A stretch of DNA of 64,000 nt, taken from an uncultured Christensenellaceae bacterium. GTDB taxonomy: Bacteria; Bacillota; Clostridia; Christensenellales; UBA3700. The position numbers were made by a program, and so were the translations under genes. The notes beneath the pieces were generated by a model. The model saw nothing but the letters and a program-made list of their open reading frames with translations, searched no databases and was not told the origin of the DNA. The DNA lies in assembly GCA_944381325.1 (NCBI GenBank), contig CALWKS010000002.1, positions 188,949 to 252,948 on the forward strand. The letters are read 5' to 3'. The stretch's first letter is position 1, and each line of letters opens with the position of its first letter. Shown here one piece after another: positions 19,990 through 30,181 of this stretch.

Positions 19990-20055
19990 TGTTAGGTTTC
20001 CTAACATATTTGTTAGGATTACTAACATTATAAGAAGAATAAAAAATATTGTCAA
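19990..20055 (-). promoter_or_regulatory. marR promoter with tandem palindromic operators
   Basis: TTGACA-17-TATAAT (20055-20027); palindromes TGTTAGGTTTCCTAACA (19990-20006) and TGTTAGGATTACTAACA (20011-20027) just downstream of the -10. Confidence 0.8.
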
Positions 20056-20125
20056 TGAATTTAAGTCAAAAAAACAGCAAAAACTTCGTCTGTTTTTTAA
20101 CGTAGTTTTTACTCGTAAAAAGAAG

Positions 20126-20159
20126 CAAAAAACGCGGGGCGCATTATACGCTCCGCGTT
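20126..20159 (-). terminator. Intrinsic terminator after oadG
   Basis: AACGCGGAGCG/CGCCCCGCGTT stem plus T run on the minus strand. Confidence 0.75.
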
Positions 20160-20182
20160 GTAGAAATTCTGATAAAACAGCG

Positions 20183-20428
20183 TTACTCGGCTTTGTTTTC
20201 GTCGCTTCCGTCCTGTTTGTTCGCCTGCTGCTCCGCTCTCTTCTTTTCAACCGCGGCGCGGGCTTTGTTGCATATCGTGTTGATTCCCCAGGATACGAAA
20301 AGAATGATCGCAATAGTGATGAATATTGCGAGAACTCCCTTCCACATTATCTCAAGAGACTTAAGCACGTTTGTCTTATCCATCGGAGTAAGATCGAGAG
20401 AAATACCAAGCAAAGAAATCATATTCAT
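20183..20428 (-). CDS. oadG: OadG-related small single-TM subunit of a Na+-translocating decarboxylase
   Basis: SLEIMWKGVLAIFITIAIILFV TM; GGAGG RBS; directly follows the beta subunit. Confidence 0.65.
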   Translation of the reverse strand: MNMISLLGISLDLTPMDKTNVLKSLEIMWKGVLAIFITIAIILFVSWGINTICNKARAAVEKKRAEQQANKQDGSDENKAE

Positions 20429-20441
20429 ATTTCCACCTCCG

Positions 20442-21581
20442 TTAAGCCAGCACAAGGCCGATTATGAGACCGCCTACGATAGCGGAAGCTATCTGTCCGG
20501 ATACGTTCGCACCGATAGCGTGCATAAGCAGATGGTTGCTGGGATCTTCTTTCAGACCCATCTTCTGTATTACGCGCGCCGACATCGGGAATGCGGATAT
20601 ACCGGCCGCACCGATCATCGGGTTGATCTTCTTCTTTGAGAACAGGTTCATGAACTTTGCGAACATAACGCCCGCAACGGTATCGAATACGAATGCCGCA
20701 AGACCGAGAACGAGTATCAGCAGAGTTTCCCAGGTGATAAACGTTTCTGCCTTCATCTGAGAAGCGATCGTGATGCCGAGGAGCAGGGTTATAAGGTTGG
20801 CAAGAATGTTCTGCGCGGTTTCGCTGAGAAGTCTCAGAACGCCGCATTCTCTGAGGAGGTTACCGAACATCAGGAAGCCGACAAGCGCCAGCGACTTGGG
20901 TGCGATAAGTCCTGCGATAAGAGTAACGACTATCGGGAAAAGAACCTTTGTGGTGTGAGAAACGGATACGGGGTTGTATTCCATTCTGATAAGTCTTTCC
21001 TTCTTCGTCGTGCAGAGCTTGACGACCGCAGGCTGAATAATAGGAACGAGCGCCATATATGAGTACGCTACGACGGTGATAGGTCCAAGGAACTTACTGC
21101 CCAGTTTCATCGCTACAAGTATCGATGTAGGACCGTCAGCCGCGCCGATTATACCTATAGCCGCAGCGTCGTTTATATTAAAACCTATCATTGTAGCCAG
21201 CAATATGGTCAGGAATATACCGAACTGCGCCGCACCGCCCAGCAGGAACAGCTTGGGATTTGAAAGCAGCGGACCGAAGTCTATCATCGCGCCTATACCG
21301 ATAAACAACAGTATCGGCATCGCCTCGCTGGCTTCAATACCTACTTCAAACAACCAGTCAATAATACCGGATGCAACAACGTTGCCGTCAACAACTTCAT
21401 TTACCACGTTTGAAAGCGGTATGTTTACAAGTATCGCGCCGAAGCCTATAGGAAGCAGCAGCGCAGGCTCCATATCTTTCTTTATAGCAAGAAAAATAAG
21501 AAGTCCGCCGATGATCCACATCACTACGTGTTCCGGCTTGACATTGGAAACTGATTCAATCAAAAAATTCAGATCCATCAC
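20442..21581 (-). CDS. oadB: Na+-translocating carboxylase/decarboxylase beta subunit
   Basis: EPALLLPIGFG, GIGAMIDFGPL, IGIIGAADGPTSI, AYSYMALVPIIQP, IGAAGISAFPMSARV motifs. Confidence 0.95.
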   Translation of the reverse strand: MMDLNFLIESVSNVKPEHVVMWIIGGLLIFLAIKKDMEPALLLPIGFGAILVNIPLSNVVNEVVDGNVVASGIIDWLFEVGIEASEAMPILLFIGIGAMIDFGPLLSNPKLFLLGGAAQFGIFLTILLATMIGFNINDAAAIGIIGAADGPTSILVAMKLGSKFLGPITVVAYSYMALVPIIQPAVVKLCTTKKERLIRMEYNPVSVSHTTKVLFPIVVTLIAGLIAPKSLALVGFLMFGNLLRECGVLRLLSETAQNILANLITLLLGITIASQMKAETFITWETLLILVLGLAAFVFDTVAGVMFAKFMNLFSKKKINPMIGAAGISAFPMSARVIQKMGLKEDPSNHLLMHAIGANVSGQIASAIVGGLIIGLVLA

Positions 21582-21595
21582 ACTTCTCCTTTATT

Positions 21596-21725
21596 AAAAA
21601 AGCCGCATCGAACCGTATAAACGGAACGATGCGGTCTCGTCATTTCAAATTAAACCGGGAGAAACTCTCCGTGTTACCGATTTAATTGCGTGTCACGCAC
21701 ACACGCCGACTACTCCCCGCGCCCG
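21596..21725 (-). promoter_or_regulatory. yybP-ykoY (Mn2+)-type riboswitch with an overlapping intrinsic terminator
   Basis: Minus strand reads GCGGGGAGUAG...AAUUAAAUCGGUAACACGGAGA..UCUCCCGGUUUAAUU...ACGAGACCGC, matching the GGGGAGUAG / CGNNAANAC / CCGG / RAGACC pattern. The terminator CCGCAUCG...CGAUGCGG-UUUUUU shares the P1 3' strand. Confidence 0.8.
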
Positions 21726-21740
21726 GGAATTTACAGTCTT

Positions 21741-21769
21741 ATTTTAAATTATTTGAAAATTTATGTCAA
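21741..21769 (-). promoter_or_regulatory. Sigma-A promoter for riboswitch-oadB-oadG
   Basis: TTGACA-17-TAAAAT on the minus strand. Confidence 0.8.
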
Positions 21770-21870
21770 GCGCGCGCGTATTCAAATAAAAGATTTTATA
21801 TTTTTACTTTTTCGTCAAATATTTTTTATATGAAAAGCCTTGTTTTTCGCAAAAAGCGCTTTTTTAAGTT

Positions 21871-22470
21871 TTAATGCTTCTTTGCAGCGCTGGGAAATCT
21901 GCCCTTGTCTTTCTCCGTTATCGGACGTATAACGCGGCAAGGATTACCCGCAGCTATAACACCCGACGGCACGTCTTTTGTTACCACGCTTCCCGCGCCT
22001 ATCACGACGTTGCTCCCCACCGTTACCCCCGGGAGTATTACCACGTTGCCGCCTATCCATACGTCGTCCCCGATCGTTATCGGAAGAGCGTATTCTATGC
22101 CTTTGTTTCTCTCATCCTTATCCACGGGATGTCCCGCGCAATAAAAACCGCAGTTGGGCGCAACGAAAACGTTGTCCCCAATCGTAACCTTTGCGGTGTC
22201 GAGTACGACAAGATTGTGATTGGCATAAAAATTTTCGCCGACGAAAGTATTATAACCGTAATCGCAGTTGAACGGCGATTCTATAAGAAAATCTCCTTTT
22301 GCTCCGCCGAGTATCTCAAGCATCTTGCGTTTTCTTTCCTCTCTGCGGGAAGGCGGAATATTATTGTATTCAAAACACTTGTCTTTTACCCTTTCTCTGT
22401 CCTTGGTAAGCTCAACGTCGTTGTTGGGGTCGTAAAACATACCCATTGCGCCCTTTTCTTTTTCAGTCAT
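21871..22470 (-). CDS. maa: Sugar (maltose/galactoside) O-acetyltransferase
   Basis: [45 protein letters not shown] hexapeptide repeats. Confidence 0.92.
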   Translation of the reverse strand: MTEKEKGAMGMFYDPNNDVELTKDRERVKDKCFEYNNIPPSRREERKRKMLEILGGAKGDFLIESPFNCDYGYNTFVGENFYANHNLVVLDTAKVTIGDNVFVAPNCGFYCAGHPVDKDERNKGIEYALPITIGDDVWIGGNVVILPGVTVGSNVVIGAGSVVTKDVPSGVIAAGNPCRVIRPITEKDKGRFPSAAKKH

Positions 22471-22562
22471 AGCGTCCTCTCTTCAAAGGCTTCAACAAAA
22501 AGCCTTTATATTATTATCATAATTATGATATCATATTTCATTTGCGCGCGCACGCATAAAAT

Positions 22563-22590
22563 AAAAAGAGCCGCGATTTGCGGCTCTTTT
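22563..22590 (-). terminator. Intrinsic terminator
   Basis: AAAAGAGCCGC/GCGGCTCTTTT stem. Confidence 0.8.
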
Positions 22591-22610
22591 GTCTGATGTT
22601 TAAGTTGTGT

Positions 22611-25600
22611 TTACAGCCCGCTTGCTCCGGTGGTAACCGTTGAGCCTTCAGGCAAGTTCCAGCCGGCAGGCTTTTCAGCCGCGTCTGTCTTTACGGTAAC
22701 GGCGTTGTCAAATGCGTTGGGCTCGATCGTAACAACCGTGGAAGGAATGAATATCTCAGTCACCGCACTTCCGAACGCGCCTGCTTTTATCGTCGTTATC
22801 GTTATATTTTCTCCGTTGAACGATACTGTAGAAGGCAGAGTTATCTTATCGAGAAGCGGCATAACCGCGCTCGTCTGCTCATTGCCGTAAATGTAAGCCT
22901 TATTATCCGTCTTTACGACAATGTTGAGTTTCATCTCTTTATAAATTGTAGACCAGCCTGTAATCGTATGCTGTACCTTTCCTTTTGCGCTCCAGTAAGT
23001 GGGCAGTTCCGTACCGTTCTTAAGCAGAGTCTCAAGAGCGCCCGCGATATTGCTGAGGTCGATGCCCGTAAGCGAAGTCGTATAGTTCCAGCCCATCTTG
23101 TATCCTATGAGACCTGAGCCTGTAGGTGCGGAATCTCTGCCCATGAACAGTTCAGCATTGTTCGCGCCCGTAAATGCGAAGTATCCTATTTCACTGCATG
23201 AAGCAGGCACGTAAACGTACTTGAGATTGGTATTCATAGCAAACGCAAGGTCGCCTATTTTCTCAAGTCCTTCGGGAAGCGTAAGGCTCTCGAGGTTTGT
23301 GCCGTAGAACGCCTGATTGCCGATAACGTTTATCGTATCGGGTATCGTAACTACCGACAGGAAGAACTCGTCTTTGAACAGCTGTGCGCCAAGTTCAGTT
23401 ACCGTATAAGTCTTATCTTTATAAGTTACCTGAGACGGTATCGAGTAATTGGTGATAGAGCCCGCAAAAGTCAGATTCTGCGCTATCGCAGACGCCTCGC
23501 CCGTACCTCTGAGCAGATAAGTTACGTTGTCTATCTCAACTAAACCGTCGCAGTTCCATTCAAGAGTAAGCTTATCGTTCTTGCTAGTCCATGTGTTGTA
23601 ATTCCAGAACAAGCTCCACTTGCCCAGTATGTAATCGTATTCAATACCCAGATCCTTGGGTCTTTCCATAGCAAGGTAAACCGTTGCCGTTACATTCTTG
23701 AACATATATGCGCCGAACTTCATTTCAGCCGCTTCCTTAGGTATGAAAACTGTCTGAATATTCGTTCTGTCAGCATAGCAGTAATCTGATATATCCGTAA
23801 CAGTATAAGTTTTAGCCTCTGTATCAGTAGCTGATTTATACGTTACCGTAGTCGGGATATTGACGTACGGCGTTGTTGCGTTTACAAACTTATGCAGAAT
23901 CGCTTTGCTTCCCTCATACATTATCACTTCATAATCGCCTATAGCCGTGATCGCGCTGACTTCCCAGAAAATTCGACTACTATCGATACCGTAAGACCAA
24001 CTTGCTTTCAGCGTAGTGTCAACGAGTTTTTTCTCTCTTGCCATATAAACAACAATAGTATTAAGAAGATCGGTTTCCGATATAAACGCTTCTGCAATGT
24101 CTCCCCATCTCGGAGAATCTTCTGAACGGAATGCATTTGCATTGAGAGTAAGTCCGTCAGGAACATATACCGCTGTGATTTCATCCTGAGTTCTGCCGTA
24201 GAACATCTTAGGCTTGACTTCAGATACTTTCTGACGGTTAGCGTATGTAGGCAGAATGACAAAACTTGCTTCTCCGCTGTAATGCTCGATATTGTTGTTT
24301 GAGTCAAACTCGAAGCCTTCCATCACAAGGTTGCCGTAAAGGGTCATATCTCCCTGGACGTGTCCGACAGACAAACCGTCCTCGTCAAGGTCGGTAATTT
24401 CTTCAGGCAGAGCGAGCGCGTAATAACCGCCGTTGCCGTCTGACAGATACCAGCTATCCCATACGTATCCCGCCTCAGCCATAGTGCGGTCGATAAGACT
24501 GCCGTAAGGCAACGTATTGCTGCCCTCGTACGCTCCGCTATTGAGGTCGTAATAAGTAACCGTATAGTTGCGCACCGTCTTGGTATAAAGCGCGTTGATT
24601 ACTGTATCGGAATATATCGTCATCGTGCCTCTGTCCCAGCCGTTAAATGCAAAGTCGTATTTTACGGTTGAAGTCTTAGCAAGCTGTTCAGCCGTATACA
24701 CGTCGGGGTTTGCGCTCTGTCCGTAAAGTACTGTCTGAGTATCGCTGAGTCCGTTGCCGAAGTTGAACGTTACCGTGTAAGGTCTGAGCTCTTTTGAATA
24801 AGTAGCTTTGAGATATACGTCTCCGCCAACCGTAGCAACCGACGTATCCACAGCCTCACCGTCTGCATCTGTCCAGCCTGCAAAGGTGAATATGTACTGC
24901 TCTGTCATCTCTTTTTCAGGAGTTTCAGGCTCTACGGTATTTAATACTGTGCCGTAATCCGCTTTGAGCTCTTTTATCGTAGTTCCGTCGTCGTTGAGGA
25001 AAGATACGGTATACTGACGCAATGTCTCGGCAAAATGCGCGGTAAACGTATAGCTGTCGTCGATGAGGTTTACCTTTGTTTCAAGATCTTCGTGAGAAAT
25101 AAATCCGCTTTCTCCTCTTTCAGTCGTATAGTTCCAGCCGTCAAAGGTATAAGTATGAGATACTGTCTGCTGTTTTACTATCTGCGTAGTGTCAGGCAGC
25201 GCGAGAGTGTCTTTCTCGTATCTTACGAACTGCGGCGCACTGAGAAGAGTCTTGCCGTCCTCTGCAAAGAACTTCACGGTGTGATATACTTCTATTTCAA
25301 GATAAACGGCATTCACCGTGATATCCTGAGTTACGTTGAGCCAGTTGGCGTTGTCCCAGCCCTGGAAAATATACGCGGTGGTAGCCGTCGTAGCTTTCTG
25401 AGCTTCTTCTGCGGAGGGTTCTTTCGCGCTTTCGCCGTATCTGACCTCCTGTACGCTGGTCTTATCGTCGCCGTAAACGAACGTTACGGTATAAGTGTTC
25501 ACCGTTGCCGTAAACGCCGCAGTAAGAGTTGTCTCTCCCTCGACCGTAGTATCTTCAAGCACGACCTTCTCTCCTCCGACAGTCCAGCCGTCGAAAGCGT

Positions 25601-28214
25601 AAGTATACTGAGCGGAGGCTTCCTTTGTCGGATTTTCAGGCGCGATTTCAGAAAGCGTCGTGCCGTACTCCGCATTTACTCTGCGAACTTCCGTTCCGTC
25701 GCTTAAGAATACGACGTCATAGCTTCTTACATTCTCGCTGTAATGAACGGTGAAAGTGTAATCTCTGTCGATATTTTCAAAAATACCGTCGTCAACCGAA
25801 ACCGTTATTTCTGTGCCCTCTGCGTTTTCGTAAGTCCAGCCGTCAAAGAGATAATCGTACTGAGCTGTCGAAGGCTTTTTAAGTCCGTCTGCCGAAGGCT
25901 GAACAACGCTGTCCTTGCGATATCTTACGTACTGGATCTCTCCTAGCAAAGTAACGCCGTCTTCAGCCACAAAACGCACGGCGTGATAGTTTTCAACCTC
26001 GATATATACCGCGTTTACGGTCATATCCTCTGTAACGTTGAGCCAGTTGGAACTGTCCCAACCTTTGAATATGTATTCGAATTCAGCAGTTTCGCTCTTG
26101 CCGAGGTTTTCAACAGGCTCTTTTGCGGCTGCGCCGTATTCTACGACCTGTTCTTCTCTGAGTCCGTCGCCGTAAACAAACGTAACTGTGAATTTTCTGA
26201 GAGTTTTGTTATAATTTGCGACTTCACTGTAATCGCCGCTGACCGTTGCGCCTGCCTTTAAATTCCAACCCGCAAAAGTGTAATCGTATTTTTCGTCGCT
26301 GTAAGAAAGCACGCTTTCAGGCAATTCGATCTCGCTGCCGTAAGCGAGGTTGTACTCATATAAAACGTCTTCGCCTTTTTCGTTCTTAGCGGTAAACACG
26401 ACGTCGTAATATCTTACAGCCGCGCTGTACTGAGCAGTTGCGGTTACAGCGCCGTTTACGTTCTTCCATGCGTCTGTATCCCAACCAGTAAACGTATAAT
26501 CGTACTGAGCATCGCTCTTCTTCGCAACTTGTTCCGCACTCGGTTCAACAGCGCTCTGTCCGTATCCGATATACTGGGTCTCGGTCAGCTTGTTTCCTTC
26601 AGCGTCTACGAAATCCACGGCGTAAACTCTGAGTATCTTATCGTAAGTTGCCGTAACGGTAAGTTCTTCGGTTACACAGGAGAATTCTTTGTCCCAACCC
26701 GTGAAAACGTAATGATACTGAGCCGTATCGTGAGAAGAAAATTCTCCGTTCATGTTCGCGGGAGCATTTGCGCTGTTGCCGTAAGGCACGCTAACCGTAT
26801 AAGTCGCATAGCTGTTTTCAACGCCGTATCTGAAGACTACTTTGAACTCTCTGAGCTTGTAAACGGCGTTTACCTTCGTATCTTTGGTAATGTTTTCAAG
26901 CGAAGAGTCCCAACCTATCAGCACGTATTTATCTTCCAGTTCAATAGTGGTCGGAGCGCTTACCTTTCCGCCGTAAGAGGTCTTTCTCTCTCCCACCAAT
27001 ATGCCGTCAAGATAGAAAGATACAGTGTACTGTCTGTCGCTTTTATCGTAAAGAGCGTATATGTTCATATCGCTGTCGACGTTGACAGCCTCTTCGCTCC
27101 AGCCTGCAAAAGTATAGTCGAAAGAATCATCAGACGGCTTTACCGGATCTGTCGCGGGAAGCTCCGCCGTGCCGCCCAAAGGCACGTATCTGCGGCAGTA
27201 AAGGACGTCGCCGTCATAATAATTGACAGTGTAATATCTTACGTTGTTGTTGTAAACGGCATTGACAACTCTGTCTTCTGTTACGAAGCAGTAATTGTTA
27301 TCCCAGCCGACAAAAAGATAATCAGTATTTTCTGTGGGAGTCTTATTGAGTTTGCCGTTCTCATTGGTAGGAGCTACGGCGTCCTCGCCGTATCTTACGG
27401 TCTGAGTTTCAGAAAGCCCGTCGCCGTAATTGAAAGTAACGGTATAAGTTGTGTATTCTCTTGTGATATCCGCATTGACTTTTATATCCGATTTGACGCA
27501 GCTGAAATCTTTATCCCAGCCTGCAAAGCTGTATATACTGCCCTTTACTACGGGAAGCGCGGCTTCTATAGCCTGCTGAGAAGGCGCGGTTGCGGCTTTG
27601 CCGTACTCTACGTTCTCTGTTTTTATCGTAACGCCGTCCACATTGAAAGTTACGGTAAAAGTCCTTACCCTGCTTTCGTAAACAGGGCGCACTTCAAGAT
27701 CTTCGGTAACGTTGGAAAGCGGCTTATCCCAACCTGCAAAATAGTAATCATACTGCTCGTCAGACGGTTTATCGGATGCGCTGACGTAACCGTTGAGATC
27801 GCTTCCTATCGGGAAATATGCGCTGTAAATGATGAGAGAATCGGACCAGTCGTAGAAAGTAACCTTTACGACCTCGTCCATATCCAGCCACCTTGCATAC
27901 AGCACCGTTCCGTCTTCAGCGTCGATTACGGCATTGTAATCAGCAGGTAATTGCCAGATGTTGTTGTCAAAATACCAGCCTCCGAAAACGTATCCTTCTC
28001 TCTCAGGCACTGAGGTAAACAATGTGGAAATCTCGTCGTCAGATAAATTTACGGCATTTCCTTCCCAATATACGGCATTGATGCCCGTAGACGTATCGAT
28101 CTGTCCGTCTCCGTCCCCCTCTCCGGGAACAGTCTTGGTATCGCATGCCGCAAGTGCAAATGCCGCGGCAAAAACTGTCGCCAGAATAATCAGCACGGTC
28201 AAAAACTTTCTCAT
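22611..28214 (-). CDS. Large surface lipoprotein with many InlB B-type (Flg_new) repeats and C-terminal BspA-type leucine-rich repeats
   Basis: Lipobox ALAAC; recurring YTVTF...V.YG..A..P...Y.F.GWD....NVT.D.TV.A.Y units; C-terminal TIPDTINVIGNQAF / LTLPEGLEKIGDLAF repeats. Confidence 0.88.
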   Translation of the reverse strand: MRKFLTVLIILATVFAAAFALAACDTKTVPGEGDGDGQIDTSTGINAVYWEGNAVNLSDDEISTLFTSVPEREGYVFGGWYFDNNIWQLPADYNAVIDAEDGTVLYARWLDMDEVVKVTFYDWSDSLIIYSAYFPIGSDLNGYVSASDKPSDEQYDYYFAGWDKPLSNVTEDLEVRPVYESRVRTFTVTFNVDGVTIKTENVEYGKAATAPSQQAIEAALPVVKGSIYSFAGWDKDFSCVKSDIKVNADITREYTTYTVTFNYGDGLSETQTVRYGEDAVAPTNENGKLNKTPTENTDYLFVGWDNNYCFVTEDRVVNAVYNNNVRYYTVNYYDGDVLYCRRYVPLGGTAELPATDPVKPSDDSFDYTFAGWSEEAVNVDSDMNIYALYDKSDRQYTVSFYLDGILVGERKTSYGGKVSAPTTIELEDKYVLIGWDSSLENITKDTKVNAVYKLREFKVVFRYGVENSYATYTVSVPYGNSANAPANMNGEFSSHDTAQYHYVFTGWDKEFSCVTEELTVTATYDKILRVYAVDFVDAEGNKLTETQYIGYGQSAVEPSAEQVAKKSDAQYDYTFTGWDTDAWKNVNGAVTATAQYSAAVRYYDVVFTAKNEKGEDVLYEYNLAYGSEIELPESVLSYSDEKYDYTFAGWNLKAGATVSGDYSEVANYNKTLRKFTVTFVYGDGLREEQVVEYGAAAKEPVENLGKSETAEFEYIFKGWDSSNWLNVTEDMTVNAVYIEVENYHAVRFVAEDGVTLLGEIQYVRYRKDSVVQPSADGLKKPSTAQYDYLFDGWTYENAEGTEITVSVDDGIFENIDRDYTFTVHYSENVRSYDVVFLSDGTEVRRVNAEYGTTLSEIAPENPTKEASAQYTYAFDGWTVGGEKVVLEDTTVEGETTLTAAFTATVNTYTVTFVYGDDKTSVQEVRYGESAKEPSAEEAQKATTATTAYIFQGWDNANWLNVTQDITVNAVYLEIEVYHTVKFFAEDGKTLLSAPQFVRYEKDTLALPDTTQIVKQQTVSHTYTFDGWNYTTERGESGFISHEDLETKVNLIDDSYTFTAHFAETLRQYTVSFLNDDGTTIKELKADYGTVLNTVEPETPEKEMTEQYIFTFAGWTDADGEAVDTSVATVGGDVYLKATYSKELRPYTVTFNFGNGLSDTQTVLYGQSANPDVYTAEQLAKTSTVKYDFAFNGWDRGTMTIYSDTVINALYTKTVRNYTVTYYDLNSGAYEGSNTLPYGSLIDRTMAEAGYVWDSWYLSDGNGGYYALALPEEITDLDEDGLSVGHVQGDMTLYGNLVMEGFEFDSNNNIEHYSGEASFVILPTYANRQKVSEVKPKMFYGRTQDEITAVYVPDGLTLNANAFRSEDSPRWGDIAEAFISETDLLNTIVVYMAREKKLVDTTLKASWSYGIDSSRIFWEVSAITAIGDYEVIMYEGSKAILHKFVNATTPYVNIPTTVTYKSATDTEAKTYTVTDISDYCYADRTNIQTVFIPKEAAEMKFGAYMFKNVTATVYLAMERPKDLGIEYDYILGKWSLFWNYNTWTSKNDKLTLEWNCDGLVEIDNVTYLLRGTGEASAIAQNLTFAGSITNYSIPSQVTYKDKTYTVTELGAQLFKDEFFLSVVTIPDTINVIGNQAFYGTNLESLTLPEGLEKIGDLAFAMNTNLKYVYVPASCSEIGYFAFTGANNAELFMGRDSAPTGSGLIGYKMGWNYTTSLTGIDLSNIAGALETLLKNGTELPTYWSAKGKVQHTITGWSTIYKEMKLNIVVKTDNKAYIYGNEQTSAVMPLLDKITLPSTVSFNGENITITTIKAGAFGSAVTEIFIPSTVVTIEPNAFDNAVTVKTDAAEKPAGWNLPEGSTVTTGASGL

Positions 28215-28786
28215 AACAATAACTCCTTACGCCGCCCCTTGCGGCATTCAACAATCCTTTCTCTTCTCATATGCGGAAAAACCGCAACTAATCTTAAAAC
28301 CAGCTAAACTTTTTTACGCGTATTAATTATATTATAAGAAATTTTAAAAATCAACGCTATAAATGTAAAATCTTGTCGCCGGAATCCACCCGTTTAATCC
28401 ATAATTTCAACTATAACACCAAGCAAAAAACAGAATAATTCATATCAGTAACAGAGATAACTTAAACGGCATTTCACCGTAAGTTCGGCGCATCTGATAT
28501 CAAAGTGTATTGACAGGTAAAAATATTTTTACGTACACGTGTTGATTAAACGCACTTTAATAATTTAAGACAATATCTTGCGTCGATTTCTGACTAACTT
28601 TATCAAACAAACGAAAAGTGCCGATATTTTATCGAATAATATACCGTTATGCAAATTTTATTCATTTACCGAATTTACAGTCCATACTTTATTTGCCGTC
28701 TGAAAATAAGACGGTTTTAATTAACACTTACAAGATCAAATAAAAAAAAGCGCCCGACAGGCGCTTAAGATTTCAGAAAATGCTGC

Positions 28787-29257
28787 TTATTTTACGGGAT
28801 ATGCAAAACGCGGATTTTCTTCAAGCTCTTTAAGATATTTTGCCGCGTAATACTTTGCCATTGACAGATTCTGTTCAAGATAATTGCCGCATTCGTCTGC
28901 CTTTGCGCCCGGGATATCGCCCTCAAACCCGACTATGAACCTTAAAGTTTCTTTTACGTAAACCGCTATCTCTTCAGGCGAAGGCTCTCCGAACACGAGA
29001 AGATAACAACCCGTGCGACAGCCCATAGGTCCGAAATAAACTATGTCGTCCTTTATTGACGAATTTCTGAGATAAGTAGCCGCAAGATGTTCTATTGTGT
29101 GAAGCGCGGGCTGATCTATGACGGGCTCTCTGTTGGGAGCAGTCATTCTCAGATCGAAGGTGGAAACTGTTACCTCTCCCCTCTTATCCTTTCTTGAAAG
29201 ATATACTCCCGGGTAAAGATTTAAGTGATCGATGCAGAAGCTGGCTATCTTATCCAT
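28787..29257 (-). CDS. luxS: S-ribosylhomocysteine lyase
   Basis: SFCIDH, HTIEHL, GPMGCRTG and ECGNY motifs. Confidence 0.96.
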   Translation of the reverse strand: MDKIASFCIDHLNLYPGVYLSRKDKRGEVTVSTFDLRMTAPNREPVIDQPALHTIEHLAATYLRNSSIKDDIVYFGPMGCRTGCYLLVFGEPSPEEIAVYVKETLRFIVGFEGDIPGAKADECGNYLEQNLSMAKYYAAKYLKELEENPRFAYPVK

Positions 29258-29404
29258 ATTTTCTCCTCAATGCGCAATGCGTTTATACAAATTTTGTCTG
29301 TAAAAGCGCATTATTTTACTGTAACGTAATTGTCCCGAGCTTGTCAGGCATTTTTTAAGCAAAACCGATATGACAAAGAAAACCGCGGCAAGCCGCGGCG
29401 CTCT

Positions 29405-30181
29405 TTATACCATAAGCATTTTATCGCTTTCTATCTTGAACTTGTCAAGCAACTGAGCTACGGTAAGGTTTTTCTTCTCCTCTCCGCGCACGTCATAAAT
29501 TATATTGCCTTCGTTCATCATTATAAGACGGTTGCCGTAACGGATAGCGTCTTTCATATTGTGGGTGATCATGATCGTCGTAAGGTTGTTCATACCCGTA
29601 AGCTCTTCTGTTACCGAAAGCACCTTTTCAGCCGTTTTCGGGTCAAGAGCCGCAGTATGTTCGTCAAGAAGCAATACCTTGGGCTTTTTCATCGTAGCCA
29701 TAAGAAGGGTCAGCGCCTGTCTCTGTCCGCCCGACAGCAGACCGACTTTTGCCGTCATTCTGTCTTCGAGTCCGAGTCCCAATATCTTGAGCTGACTCTT
29801 AAATTCCTCTTTTTCTTTTTTTGTAACTCCCCAAGAAAGACCTCTTGGCTCCCCCCTTCTATATGCTAATGCCAAATTTTCCTGTATTTCCATATTGGTT
29901 GCCGTACCCATCATAGGATCTTGAAAAACTCTGCCAAGCAGTTTAGCTCTTTTATATTCAGGCTTTTTTGTTACATTGATCCCATCAATTTCAATTTGTC
30001 CTTCTTCAGGGAAATATGTTCCGGCAATTATATTTAACATTGTAGATTTACCTGCTCCATTACCACCAATAACGGTAATAAAATCGCCCTCATCCACATT
30101 TAAATTCAGCCCTTTTAAAACTTTTTTTTCATTTATAGTACCGATATTAAAGGTTTTATGTATATTAACAAGTTTAAGCAT
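29405..30181 (-). CDS. ABC importer ATP-binding subunit (COG1101-type)
   Basis: GGNGAGKST, RVFQDPMMGT, LSGGQRQ, LLLDEHTAALDP. Confidence 0.93.
   Translation of the reverse strand: MLKLVNIHKTFNIGTINEKKVLKGLNLNVDEGDFITVIGGNGAGKSTMLNIIAGTYFPEEGQIEIDGINVTKKPEYKRAKLLGRVFQDPMMGTATNMEIQENLALAYRRGEPRGLSWGVTKKEKEEFKSQLKILGLGLEDRMTAKVGLLSGGQRQALTLLMATMKKPKVLLLDEHTAALDPKTAEKVLSVTEELTGMNNLTTIMITHNMKDAIRYGNRLIMMNEGNIIYDVRGEEKKNLTVAQLLDKFKIESDKMLMV

Noticed and set aside
26529-27950. 473-aa plus-strand ORF
   Set aside because: Antisense shadow of the B-repeat lipoprotein caused by codon bias.
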